Shown: one piece after another, positions 1 through 11,940 of the stretch
How the letters are laid out: every line of letters starts with the position of its first letter
How positions within the stretch are numbered: position 1 is the first letter of the stretch
Source of the DNA: Octopus vulgaris
Taxonomy: Eukaryota
Assembly: GCA_951406725.2 (NCBI GenBank)
Contig: OX597832.1
Span: 52,762,001 to 52,826,000 of the forward strand
DNA length: 64,000 nucleotides
Direction: 5' to 3'
Notes under the pieces: generated by a model
What the model saw: only the letters and a program-made list of their open reading frames with translations
The model's database searches: none
What the model was told of the DNA's origin: nothing
Position numbers and translations under genes: made by a program

Positions 1-72
1 AAAATTGGATTTAATCCTAAATCTAATTTTTCCCTGTAAGTTTGGATTTATTCCCTAATATTATTATTATTT

Positions 73-144
<72 letters not shown>

Positions 145-2194
145 TATACACACAACATATAGAGACAGAGGGCTTCTTTCAGTTTGGACCAACCAAATCC
201 AACCATAAGGTTTTGGTCAGCTCAGGACTATAGAAGAAGACACTTACTCAAAGTAGTGCACAGTGGGACTGAACCTGAAACCACACGGTTGGGAAGCAAG
301 CTTTTTAACCACTCTGCCACACTTGTGCCTATAAGCCAGAAATCTCCCTCAAATGACACCCTGGCATTATAACATTTTCCCACAGTTAAGCTGTTAAAAC
401 AACTTTACAATTTCAAATTAATCATCGCATTACTCATTTAGAAGGTTCATACACTATTATCAACATCATTTGGACAATCCTGGTCACATAGTCCACTAAT
501 TACTAATTCTCTTTTTATGATTGTGATTTATGGCTGTAATATTCAATTAATTGAATAGTTTGATTGAATATCATCATCAACTGAAATTTGATGAGCTCCT
601 TCATCTTTGCCAAATATAGTTTAATTTCACTGAAATTATGCATGGTTTTCCAACATCTAAAGTTATGCATTATTAATTGGCTTTTGTAGTGGTGATGTCA
701 ACATAAGTAGCTAAATTGCAAAGCAATGGCTGAAGCTAATGAAATAGAATTATTTATTGTTATTAATATTTCTCTATTAATACTCAGCATAATCACTAAT
801 GATGTTATTTTAGATGCGTTATGCTCCCCCCACCCTCATAATAGCCTAGTTTTTTGTCGTCCTTTTATGCTTATCGAACAGAACGGTCTCCAAATATTGA
901 TGTAGCCTCAGGCCATAAAATAATACTATTAATCACATAATTACTAAATGAAGCGAAATGATATTGATACTATCTTATTTATACAAAATGAAGACGACTT
1001 GCCACAAAGATATGTCGGCCAAGTCTTCTTACAGAGACTGAAAAGATTCCCGATGAATGAAAACAGTCTCAAACCTCTTATCTGTCTGACACGAATCCGG
1101 ACAATGACATTTTGACCCAGAGTTTCTCTTGGTGTGTTTATGTATAGAGGGTACTTAGGAGGGTGAACAGAGAAACAGCTGTGTTTAATAAAATTAAGAT
1201 GCTTTTAACCTTTTTTTTTAAACATCATGGAGAAGTAAGAAGAATGATACGGAAGCAAACTGTATCTTCTCATTAATAGGAGTGGTGAAGCAATAAAGTT
1301 TACTAACATTTAAGATGCATGGAGAGACTGGCCTTTGTTGCCAGTTTTGCGAAGTACTGCTTTGACCAATCACTGGCTGACGATACAACACTGGCTGGAC
1401 TTAATGCTGATTGGTCAACCTAGTATGTGTTAGAGCAATGGTTCCCAAAGTGGGTAGTATTGCCCCCTAGGGGTAGTGAAAAGTTCTAAGGGGGGGATAA
1501 TGGGGTAGCGATTCATGTAAAAAGTGGGGCAATAATCGGGTAGTGATTCATGTAAAAACAACAAAATAATGGATTCATTAGGTTAAGTTTTATTTGTTAA
1601 ATACAGTTGCTTCAGAAAGAGGTCTATGTTTGTGATGGTTAGTTGGGGTGGGGGGCACTAGGAATGTGGCTTGGGTGTCAAGGGGGCTGCAGCCTGAAAA
1701 AGTTAGAACATCGATCACATCAGTCCAGAAATATATTTGTGTCATGGACTTTGCCCTTTCCTTTCTCACTATATCTCATAACAGAAAAAAAAAAAAGAAA
1801 GAAAAAAAAAACAGAAAGTAACAGCAATATGTTAGAAGTATTAAGTCCTACATTTGTCTCACGCCACACTAACCTACAACTTGCTAATAACCCACATTTA
1901 CCTTTGCTTTAGCCACCTTCTAGGTTGCAATTTATACACACCCAAACACGTGTGTGCATGTGAAGCCACATAGCCTAGTGGTTAGGATGTTGTACACATG
2001 ATCGCAAGAACATGGTTTCCATTCATAAACCATTCGTGTGCTGTATTCTTGGGCTAAGCATTTCATTTTAGGTTGCTCCAGTCTGCTGGTGTTCCATTCC
2101 AAGGGGACTGTTGGATTGTCTACCTAACCTGTGGGGTGATATCATTCAAAAGCTAAAACAATGCAAGGCAGTATATCGTGACCCCGCAGTGTAT

Positions 2195-2433
2195 ACCTAT
2201 TTCTTTACTACTCACAAGGGGCTAAACACAGAGAGGACAAACAAGGACAGACAAATGGATTAAGTCGATTATTACATCGACCCCAGTGCGTAACTGGTAC
2301 TTATTTAATCGACCCCGAAAGGATGAAAGGCAAAGTCAACCTTGGCAGAATTTGAACTCAGAACATAGCGGCAGACGAAATACTGCTAAGCATTTCGCCC
2401 GGCGTGCTAACGTTTCTGCCAGCTAGCTGCCTT
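2195..2433 (-). mobile_element. tRNA-derived SINE, family B (gcctttcatcctttcggggtcgataaattaagtacc core)
   Basis: TSD cccgcagtgtatacc on both sides. Other copies near 12634-13080, 13678, 21188-21416, 26963, 38195, 43066, 45542-45740, 47388, 49933-50160, 57915-58290, 60537, 61250-61705. Confidence 0.85.
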
Positions 2434-2775
2434 CCCGCAGTGTATACCAACATCCAAACATCCAGTAGTCTAGCCAGTACAGTGAGATATATGTATTACA
2501 CATAAACACAGTGTGTGTGTATTTATACACACTCATTTACAATGATTAATGCATTTGATATTTTATCGCACCACCAGCTCTCTGAAGCTCACAATTCTAT
2601 TTCTTAGATTTCTATACACTGTAATCCTTACTCAGTCCAGACAATAGAAGCCCATGACTGTCATTATTACTTGTTCAAGGCAACACACTTTTCATGTATC
2701 ATACTATGCTCAGCAAAACAAATTTTCTTTGTCAATACAAGAGATTTTGATTTTTCTCAGACACAACTACTCCTT

Positions 2776-3177
2776 ACTCTTTTACTTGTTTCAGTCATTT
2801 GACTTGGCCATGCTGGAGCACCGTCTTTAGTCGAGCAAATCGACCCCAGGACTTATTCTTTGTAAGCCTAGTACTTATTCTATCGGTCTTTTTGCCGAAC
2901 CGCTAAGTTACGGGGATGTAAACACACCAGCATCAGTTGTCAAGCAATGTTGGGGGGGGGGGGACAAACACAGACACACAAACATACACACACACATATA
3001 TATACATATATACGACGGGCTTTTTTCAGTTTCCATCTACCAAATCCACTCACAAGGCTTTGGTCGGCCCGAGGCTACAGTAGAAGACACTTGCCCAAGG
3101 TGCCACGTAGTGGAACTGAACCCGGAACGATGCGGTTCGTAAGCAAGCTACTTACTACACAGCAACTCCTACGCCTA
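2776..3177 (-). mobile_element. tRNA-derived SINE, family A (ggcgcaggagtggctgtgtggtaag head, central TA/TG microsatellite)
   Basis: Closely similar copies near 6329, 15185, 23546, 24830, 36573, 37753, 38409, 39612, 47817, 50675, 57403, 59056, 61870. Source of the repeated [24 protein letters not shown] ORFs. Confidence 0.88.
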
Positions 3178-4670
3178 TGTTCATATTTCACAAAATAAAC
3201 CAGAAGTAAAGTTTCTATCGCTTACTATTCTATTTCTATTACTCAGAATTACTCCTCCACATACAATACTGCTGACTGGCCCCCACCCCCAAACCCTGGG
3301 TACTTCGACTCAGGTAATTAACCTTTTCACTGTAATGATGTTAGATATTTACCAAAAAAATAGAATTGGCATTTTCTGCAAGTCGTGTTGCCTTAATAGA
3401 CTTGACACATCTCAAAAAACAGTTTCAAATGTGACATTCCTCAATAATTGGTTTCTACAGTTAAAGGCAATAAAATTTTGAATAAAAATATCTCATTTCT
3501 GCAGTAAACTGATTGTCCTGAATAGGAAATGTTTCACCTATGACCAATCAAAACAGCTAACTAGATGACCAATGACAATAACATACCTCTGGCTATTTCT
3601 CTCTATACAACAACATAAAAAATTCCAAATAGTTTGCTAACAGCTCCGATACAGCTATGCAAACCAAAAATGCTGCCTATAGTCCCACACTACACACATT
3701 TGATAAATCTGAGCTCAAATCTACCCCTTTCTGCCTTTCTAGGTCCAACACTTTGCATACTTTCACAAGGCCACACTCTGAAACTATCCCTCTCATTCCT
3801 CACAAACACTGCAACCCAGAGTAAGCTTCTATACTCACTAAACTCTTCAATTTCTCCTTCATTACAGGAATCTACCCTGATCTTTGGAGACACATTACAG
3901 TGTGCACCATTCTCTAGAAAGACACCCCCCTCTTTAACTACTGCCCTTTTATACTCACTCACAGGAGACAGCCACTAACAACATAGGCCTCTGACACATA
4001 CGCACACTCACTCTCTCTTTTCTTAACCCTTTTTACTGCATTCAAAACATCGTTGACATTAACTGTGGAAAGCTGTTTTATATACCAATCAATATTCTGT
4101 CGAGGAATGTCATGTTGGAAACTATTTTTTGTTGAGATATGTTAAGTTTGTTTTTGGATATGGTTTGCGTGTGTTAACAATAATATTGCCATAATGACTC
4201 TTCCGGAGGGGGACACGGCAGTTGTTTTTTTTTGGTAACTATTTAACAATATTAGAATAACCATGAAATCTAATACCATGGTTAAAGGGTTAACGATTGT
4301 CAATACAGTTTCCATAAAGTCAAATCCACAGGTGACCTACTCTCCTCCACCACTCTCCAGCAGACTCTCACCTTAAGAGAAATTTGGTGAAAGCAACGTC
4401 ATCAGCTTTGATATCAGGCGAACTTCGCTAGGTCTGACATGCAAATCTATCAAAACTGCTAATTCAAGAGGCTGTGCCCATCTCTCATCTTGTGGGATAG
4501 TAGCTTCCAATTATACTCCACTATCATGGTGTGTGTTGATGGAGCTCTTTCTGCTCCTCATCCTATCAAATTCTAACATGTCTCAGGGTTTGGTTTTGTC
4601 CCTCACCCTCTTCCTGCTATACATCAATGAACAACTTGCAGTCACATCCAACAACACCCACTCCAATGCA

Positions 4671-5073
4671 TGTCTTACAAACAACTTGCACATGCAAGTG
4701 CTACCAGTCAAAAGTTCTGTATATCGGAAGCCAGCAAGTGTATGGGGTCATCAGGAGAGAATGCGCGCCGTTTCGGGGCCTACCTCTCGACGGCATCAAT
4801 GCGCACTGGCCCCCCTCACTGATATGAGGCCTCGCTTGCTAGATCAGCTGGTTATGAAGTTAAACTCAATATCCTTCTAGCCATCGCTCATTGTCTCTTT
4901 TTAACCAAATCCAGTGGCTAGCCTTCTCCACTGTAGATTGGATATCAGTCATGGTGGTATTGACTTTACGATGAGTTAGGCCTAGCGATAACAACAGTCG
5001 TCTCACGCTGTGTCCAACGAACCCTCTACATCTGACTTCGATTGGAAAATGTTCCACTTTCCAGCCTGCATCT
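4671..5073 (-). mobile_element. 5'-truncated RLE-type (HERO-like) non-LTR retrotransposon 3' end with 29-bp target-site duplication
   Basis: C-terminal peptide GWKVEHFPIEVRCRGFVGHSVRRLLLSLG...VEKASHWIWLKR resembles HERO-type restriction-like-endonuclease elements. Direct repeat tcacatccaacaacacccactc(c/t)aatgca at 4642-4670 and 5074-5102. Confidence 0.72.
4721..4825 (-). ncRNA. Hammerhead-ribozyme-like RNA, non-circularly permuted
   Basis: Minus strand reads GCCG-UC-GAGAG...GAAA-CGGC...CUCUC-CUGAUGA. Stems I and III are perfect, stem II is imperfect, and there is an outer closing stem. Confidence 0.65.
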
Positions 5074-6771
5074 TCACATCCAACAACACCCACTCTAATG
5101 CAGATGACAATACTTTTTAATTTTCCCAAGTCATCCTCATACAACGTAGACACCACAACAATTCCATAAACAAAGACCTTAAAAGCATCTTCCAATGGGA
5201 ACACACCAAATGTTATCTCAACAGCAAGAAAACACAAACACTACTTGTATCAAGCAACCATCATTACACCCAACTAGAGCCTTGCAAATAGTTCCAGGTT
5301 TGCTAATAATGGACTTCACTATTACGAAGGATCTCTCCTGGCAAAAGCACGTCATCCTTAACATAGCAAGGATTGCATCCAACTAACTGGCCCTTCTTTT
5401 CAGAACTACAAGACAATTCAGCCCCCAATGATTATTGACACTTTACAAAGCTGAGATGAGAATCACAACAGAATATTGTTCCCATATCTGGGATGGTACT
5501 GTTGCTCACACACATGCTGGACCACATCCAGAAAAGAGTCACTCGACTCATCATCATCGTTTAACGTCCATTTTCCATGCTAGCATGGGTTGGACTGTTT
5601 GACCGGGTTCTGGGAAGCCAGGAGGCTGCACCGATGGGTATAAATCATTCACAGATACCCTGGCCCATATACTGCTATGATGTTCCCTACTCCTGAGAGT
5701 TGGCTGAGCTCTTGTCACCTCCACTAAGGCATACTGAATCCCACCACTCATCACTCATTAAGTCCAACCCTCTCCACAGGCCCAGTCTTTCTTTTGCCCT
5801 CCCCACCTGCACCATTTTCCTGTATACGTTGACTTGCAGAAGTTCCAGAGTAGTCGTGGGAAAACTTTAGCTCCGCAGGACTTTCTGAATTGGCATTGAA
5901 TTTTTTTAATAGTGCAGTCTGCTTGACAAGGATTCATGTCTCATGTGGACCACTTCTTGGAAAAGGTTGCCTATGCCTGTCCTGGAGAAACCTTAATGGC
6001 AACAAATTCGCTGGTATCAGAGGGTTTGTGAAGGCCATGAGTACAGCCCATCCCTCCCAATACAGTAATGGAGGGGGGTCTACCATTACCAATTGAGAAA
6101 TATCTCCCTACAAGATATACTGGTTGAGTTAATCTGAGATGCAATAAAAAAGATGTGAATGAATAAACAAGGATAACAGTGGGATTATGGATAAACATTA
6201 AAAAAAAGAGTGTTCACTTAGATCTCATTCCAATAAGCTTTCATTGTATTGTATTTAATGATATATTCAAATGATATTGTTGGAAATCCTGCATGCCTTA
6301 AGTGAATTTGGTTGACTATATATATATATTGTTTCAGTCATTTGACTCCGGTCATGTTGGAGCACTGCCTTCAGTTGAACAGGACTTATTCTTTGTGAGC
6401 TTAGTACTTATTCTATCATTCTCTTTTGCTGAACCACTAAGTTACGGGGACGTAAACACACCAGCATTGGTTGCCAAGCAATGGAGCGGGGAACAAAAAC
6501 ACACACATACATATGACAGGTTTCTTTCAGTTTCCGTTTATCAAATCCACTCACAAGGTTTTGGTCGGCCTGAGGCTATATAAGACATTGCCCAAGGTGC
6601 CACACAGTGGGACTGAACCCAGAACCATGTAGTTGGTAAACAAGCTACATACTACATAGCCACTCCTTCGCCTAGCAAGCTACTTACTACACAGCCATAT
6701 ATATATATATATACTTCGTTTTTGTACCTGCTTTCCAAGATTCTTTATGTGGATTCGTATGTTGAAACAAG

Positions 6772-7002
6772 TTTTGTTGTGCCTGGGAGTCATACTAACT
6801 TAATATCTAAAACACTCATATAATATTTACATTTTTTCTTTTCTTTTCCAAAATTTTCGTTGCTTATACAACTTTGGAAAGAGTCAACATCCGTTGAAAA
6901 GGCTGCAAAAGCAACGAAAATTTGGGAAAAGAAAAAATATGAGTGGAAATTGAACTGGTGAGTGTTTTAGATATCAAAGCAGTATGACTCTCCCCAGACA
7001 AA
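6772..7002. repeat. Imperfect fold-back, about 230 bp
   Basis: gagtcatact...atatctaaaacactca...ttttccaaaattttcgttgctt versus aagcaacgaaaatttgggaaaa...tgagtgttttagatat...agtatgactc. Confidence 0.8.
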
Positions 7003-7829
7003 ATATATATACACACACGCACACACACAAACAGACAGACGTGTATGCCTTTGTGTGCGTCGCCCGCTGTTGGCTTGTTTACGTCCCCGTAATTTAACAG
7101 TTCAGCAAAATGGATCGATGGAATAAGTACCAGGCTTAGGAAATGAACTGATGTCGATCTGCTCAACCAAACCCTTCATGACAATGCCCCAGCATAACTG
7201 AAACCAGTTAGGGAATTATATACGTGTGTGTGTGTGTGTGGAAGATATCAAAATTATATGATGATGTCGAAGCTAAGTAATAGCAATGACAAGGCCAAGC
7301 AGCTACAAAACTAGTAACAGAGTTGTCAAACCAAGGACTGGAAGCATCATTAGAACATCAGACACAGTAGTTAATACCTTGCAGTATTTAGTTAAGGTTC
7401 CTTACTTTCCAAATTTAAACCAACTACTTAGCCATTCAGTCATCTGGAGGGAAGCGGGGTCTACAAAACGATGTAGCAGTCAAGGAAAAGGATCGATTTA
7501 GTCCAGCGGTTCTTAACCTGGATACTTGTGACCTCTGGGGATCCATTGAAGCTAAATAGTAAATTGGGGGTCTACATAGTATTCTATTACGGGAAACAAG
7601 TAGGTTTCTTTCTCTAACGCTTTACACAGTTCGACATGTTTCCGATCATCGAAACATGTTCTCCCTGAGAATTCTATTGTAAACTTACACAAGAGAATGG
7701 GTGAAAAACAAAATAGGAATTTTGAAAGAAGTATCAATAAATTTGTTTTTAAACATTACAAGGCTATGGGGCGAGGGATCTACCGGAGTAGAATTGCACT
7801 CAAAGGGATCCATAGATTAAAAAAAAAAG

Positions 7830-8229
7830 GGATCTTTTCGGTTTGAACGGCAGTTTTTAACATAGTTTCTAGGTAACTAAAGAATTTTAAACTTCGTATA
7901 CTGGTAGAATGTGTTTATAAAACATCTTTTTCTCTTGGCTTTATTGAGAAAATTCTATGGTTTGTAAGATATTTGTTGCTTTTTTTCTTCAATTTCTACC
8001 AATCACTGACGTCCATTGAGGTAAAAAAAAACATTCTGTGCCGTATGAATATGTCCCTCGTTTAAGAAACAGATTGGGTTTATTTATATTTGTGAAGAAA
8101 AAAAGATAGCCTCCCCCCACCCCTAAAACAGATTGAAATGCAATAGATCGATACTAGGGGTCATAATTATGGGTGACAATTTCATATGACACCGCTAGAA
8201 AAAAACTGCCGTTCAAACCGAAAAGATCC
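7830..8229. mobile_element. MITE with 29-bp perfect TIRs nested inside a hAT-like MITE (about 7504-8250)
   Basis: ggatcttttcggtttgaacggcagttttt / aaaaactgccgttcaaaccgaaaagatcc. Host ends cagcggttcttaac / gttgagaattactg and has a relative at 60068-60350. Confidence 0.8.
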
Positions 8230-10052
8230 AAAAATTGTTGAGAATTACTGATCTCATCGATTGTTCCCTCCGCACAGAAACTTTTTTGGTCTTGAGCCTA
8301 TGTAAAATAATATCTATTTTACAATACGATTAAATATTTCAAACAGGCATCTAAATATGCTTCGAGATTTATAATCATCCTAATTCTTACCCATTTTCTA
8401 TGCTGGTATGAGTTGTACGGTCCCATTAAGTTCACATCGTGTTGCGCTCATAGCAACAGAGAAAACTGGTTAACTTTGTTGTCATGCGTGTCACACGGTG
8501 TAGTGTGGACTGGGTGCAGTTTATAGAATACGTACAATAAAAGTTGAGACTAGAGTTACCCTCTGTCTTGTATCAATTCTTATTTGGAGTAGCTGCTGTC
8601 CTGAATAACCCAGCAATGCAAGCAGGGGAATGAAAGTTTGTCTCGTTTGTATAACCCATTTTTGGTTTGAGAATAAGAATATGGACATAAATATGAGGTC
8701 CTGGAACAGGTTTAAGAAGAACAACGTTACAACTAGAATTATTGAACGATGTTTTACTTAAACTTATTTTTCCCCTTATGACAAAAAAAAATATCTTTCC
8801 CAGTGATTAAATCTTGCTTTATTCAAATAGATGCTTAAATATTAGAAAATACTTTACGCTGAATGAAGGTGGATCCCACCAATTTCAACGAAAGTTGAAA
8901 TAGTAACGAAGAAGCTATGAAAGATATTGTGAAATACTGACTAATGCAACGAGATTGGTGAAGACATACCGAGTAGAGAAAATGTGCGATGGTGCTAGTA
9001 AAAGGGGGAAAAAACATGCTATTTTGTAGGAGAAAGCAGTTAGTGTCAAAAGGAATTAGGTCATAAGCTTAGAGGCGAATCTCGGCAGTTCTATGACTTT
9101 GACAGCCAATACCGAGTGAGAAACTAAAGCATCAGTAGTTACCATTTATTGAAACAAGGAATAAATTAGACACCACTTAATAACGAGACTGAAAAATACA
9201 TTAGGTCAAGTGGTGTAGGTGCGTGTGAATGTGTAAAATTCATAACAAAATTAGATATAATATAAACACAGATATTTATAAAAGTTACACCTTTCTGCTA
9301 ATGTTTTTGGTGCTGAAAAGTTACTTGTTGATAAAAAAGCAGAGAAAATTCCTTCTTTGTGGAGCAGCCATTATATAAGAGAAACTAGTTACTGACACTT
9401 TAATACTTTAAAAAAACAATTTATACACAAAACAAGGGCGGTTAAAACAATAAAAATATTAGCTAAACTTTTATTAGAGACACGAACAAAATGGTAAAAA
9501 TAAATTATTATCAAAAAATGGGAAACTAATAACGCAAAACCATTAAAGAGTCAAAACTTTTTTGTCGGATCCCCAGACACAGAATGGTATTAGTATGTAT
9601 GTATCGTTATGTTTGAGGTTATTTATCATTAAAATAAAATTGCTATAAATATGAAAATGGTCAATAGTTTTTTTCTCTCAAACTCCAATAGATGACCTAA
9701 ACACTTTTATAAGGGAAACAAGACCTTGATAATAATAATAGCGATTCCGTTGTACCATATTCGTTTTATTCAGGTTTATCGGGAAAATGTTTTTGCGAAT
9801 AATTAAACTCTTCAGTTTGGTTTGAAAGAAGAAGGAAAATATAAGTGCTTACAGTTAATCTAATTTTTTTCTTCAAATCTACGTAAGTGTGAAATCGTGG
9901 AAAATACAACAAAAAAGAAAAAAAAAACTATTTTTGAAGTAAAAAATTGTTTAAAGTTAAAAAAAACAAACTGTTCTATATTTGTACGTGTATGGTGAAG
10001 TAACATGTTACATATGGAAATATCAGAACAGTCAATTCACGAAAAACATCCC

Positions 10053-10087
<35 letters not shown>

Positions 10088-11497
10088 CTACTATTCTATA
10101 AGTCCATTATGAGATTAAAACTTGAGATGTTAATTTGATATCCAAAGTTGCACTGACATACGAAGAAGAATTCTATGATTAATAGGCGAGACACTTTTTT
10201 TTACTTAAGTTTAGAAATACTACAACAATAAATGCAAACATACGTGAAGATGTCGAGAACCAACTTCAAGTTTAATAAGGAGAGAGAGAGAGAGAAAACA
10301 TTTAGACGTCATTCCATATAGAAGTACAAATAGTAACTTACTTGGTTAGTATCGAAAAAAAAAAGTAAGCTAAAAGGCTTCGTTAGTAAATCATTCGTAT
10401 TAAAAACCAACTAAATATATTAGGGTTATTAGTAAAAAAATATGTGATTATCGTTTGACGCACCTAGCCTTATAAGTACATTTAAGAAGTTTTATTAAAT
10501 AGTTTTCTATGTAGGTGTGAGATAGTGAGGAGGTCATCATTCTACTTCCTCGACTTTTAAGAGGACTTGAACTTTGGGGCCTCTGCTCAAAGATTTGTTC
10601 AGATATAAAATATCAGCTATTTTGTTTTTCAGAAAACTTAACGGCATTTTCTAAACAGCTCAACTTTCTAAAATTAAATCATTTGAATGCACTGCCTTAA
10701 AATCTTTAGCTGGAAAGAACATTTTATGTGGATTTTTAAAGGGCAAAATTATTAATATCAAAGTCGAAATTGCAGCTTATATTTCCACTAGGACCCAAAA
10801 CAGTATAAACTACTTCCATTTAATGGACAAACATCATCGAAATATATACAACTATTAGATCAACAATCCCTTTCCTTCTCAGACCAAGAAAATAAATAAA
10901 TAAATATAAACAATCAACAGATCCTGGTTTTAATTGAAATTAAGAAAATATGAATTTTTACCAATAGTCTATTTAACCGAAAGGTTTTGCTTCGGGAAAG
11001 GGTTTTTTGGTTGTTTTATTTTTTTTAGAATTTAAATTAGCAAATAGTAATTTAGCTAAATTAATTGCTAATTACTCAAGAACCTTTCAATATTTGCGGA
11101 CTCAGAGCAATGAAAACTTGTAGAAGAATGCGTGTATGTGTGCATATATATATATATTTATATATATATTAGTAGATGCGCATGTCTTGTCTATTTGAGT
11201 ATGTGTTTACAAATGGAATATATATATAACTGGCCTTTAAAAAATAAATTTTTAAAAACCACCAAATGTTTCAATTTTGTAAGTTTCCTACAATTTTAAA
11301 ATCCAGTATTTTTCAAAAAGCAAAAAAATATATATAATTAAAATAGTCACACGATTATTCATTCACATTATTATCATGATTATTATTATTATTATTACTA
11401 TTATTTTAGAAATACTTTTTTTCAGTTATTATTTATTGCTTGACGAAATTAATTTCAAATATTGTGAATAAAATTTTACTTAAAAACACATTTTTGC

Positions 11498-11940
11498 TTT
11501 TAGTTAAATTCTGCCCCACCCTGAATAGAAAGGGTAACAGAAATATGAACGAATGAATATACACATCACTACTTGAGAAATTATGTTGGCAATTCTAGTC
11601 TCTCTGCTTCACATATAATATATTATATACACCTGATACATATACACATACGTATTTTATATACACTGCAAATGTATATATACTCTGCAGGATTGTGTAA
11701 TGATAATAATGACAGGTTTTAGTTAAATTCTGCCCCACCCTGAATAGAAAGGGTAACAGAAATATGAACGAATACACATCACTACTTGAGAAATTATGTT
11801 GGCAATTCTAGTCTCTGCTTCACATATAATATTATACACACCTGATACATATACACATACATATTTTATATACGCTGCAAATGCATATATACTCTGCAGG
11901 ATTGTGTAATGATTAGTAATAGCAGGTTTTAATTAAATTC
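11498..11940. repeat. Tandem duplication, unit about 219 bp, 2 copies
   Basis: ttttagttaaattctgccccaccctgaatagaaaggg... at 11498 and 11717. Confidence 0.92.

Larger units (their letters stand above)
4340..5850 (+). mobile_element. Old degenerate LINE reverse-transcriptase fragment (L2/CR1-group-like), interrupted by insertions
   Basis: Decayed RT motifs across frames: SQGLVLSLTLFLLYIN, HSNADD (YADD-like), FTITKDLSWQKH, LLTLYKA, EYCSHIWDG. Confidence 0.7.

Noticed and set aside
975-1130. Two small hairpins and short ORFs in unique sequence
   Set aside because: No recognisable RNA family or protein motif and no convincing splice pair.
8560-8700. Resemblance of FIPLLALLGYSGQQLLQIRID to COX16
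   Set aside because: Motif spacing differs and no further exons were found; no gene name assigned.
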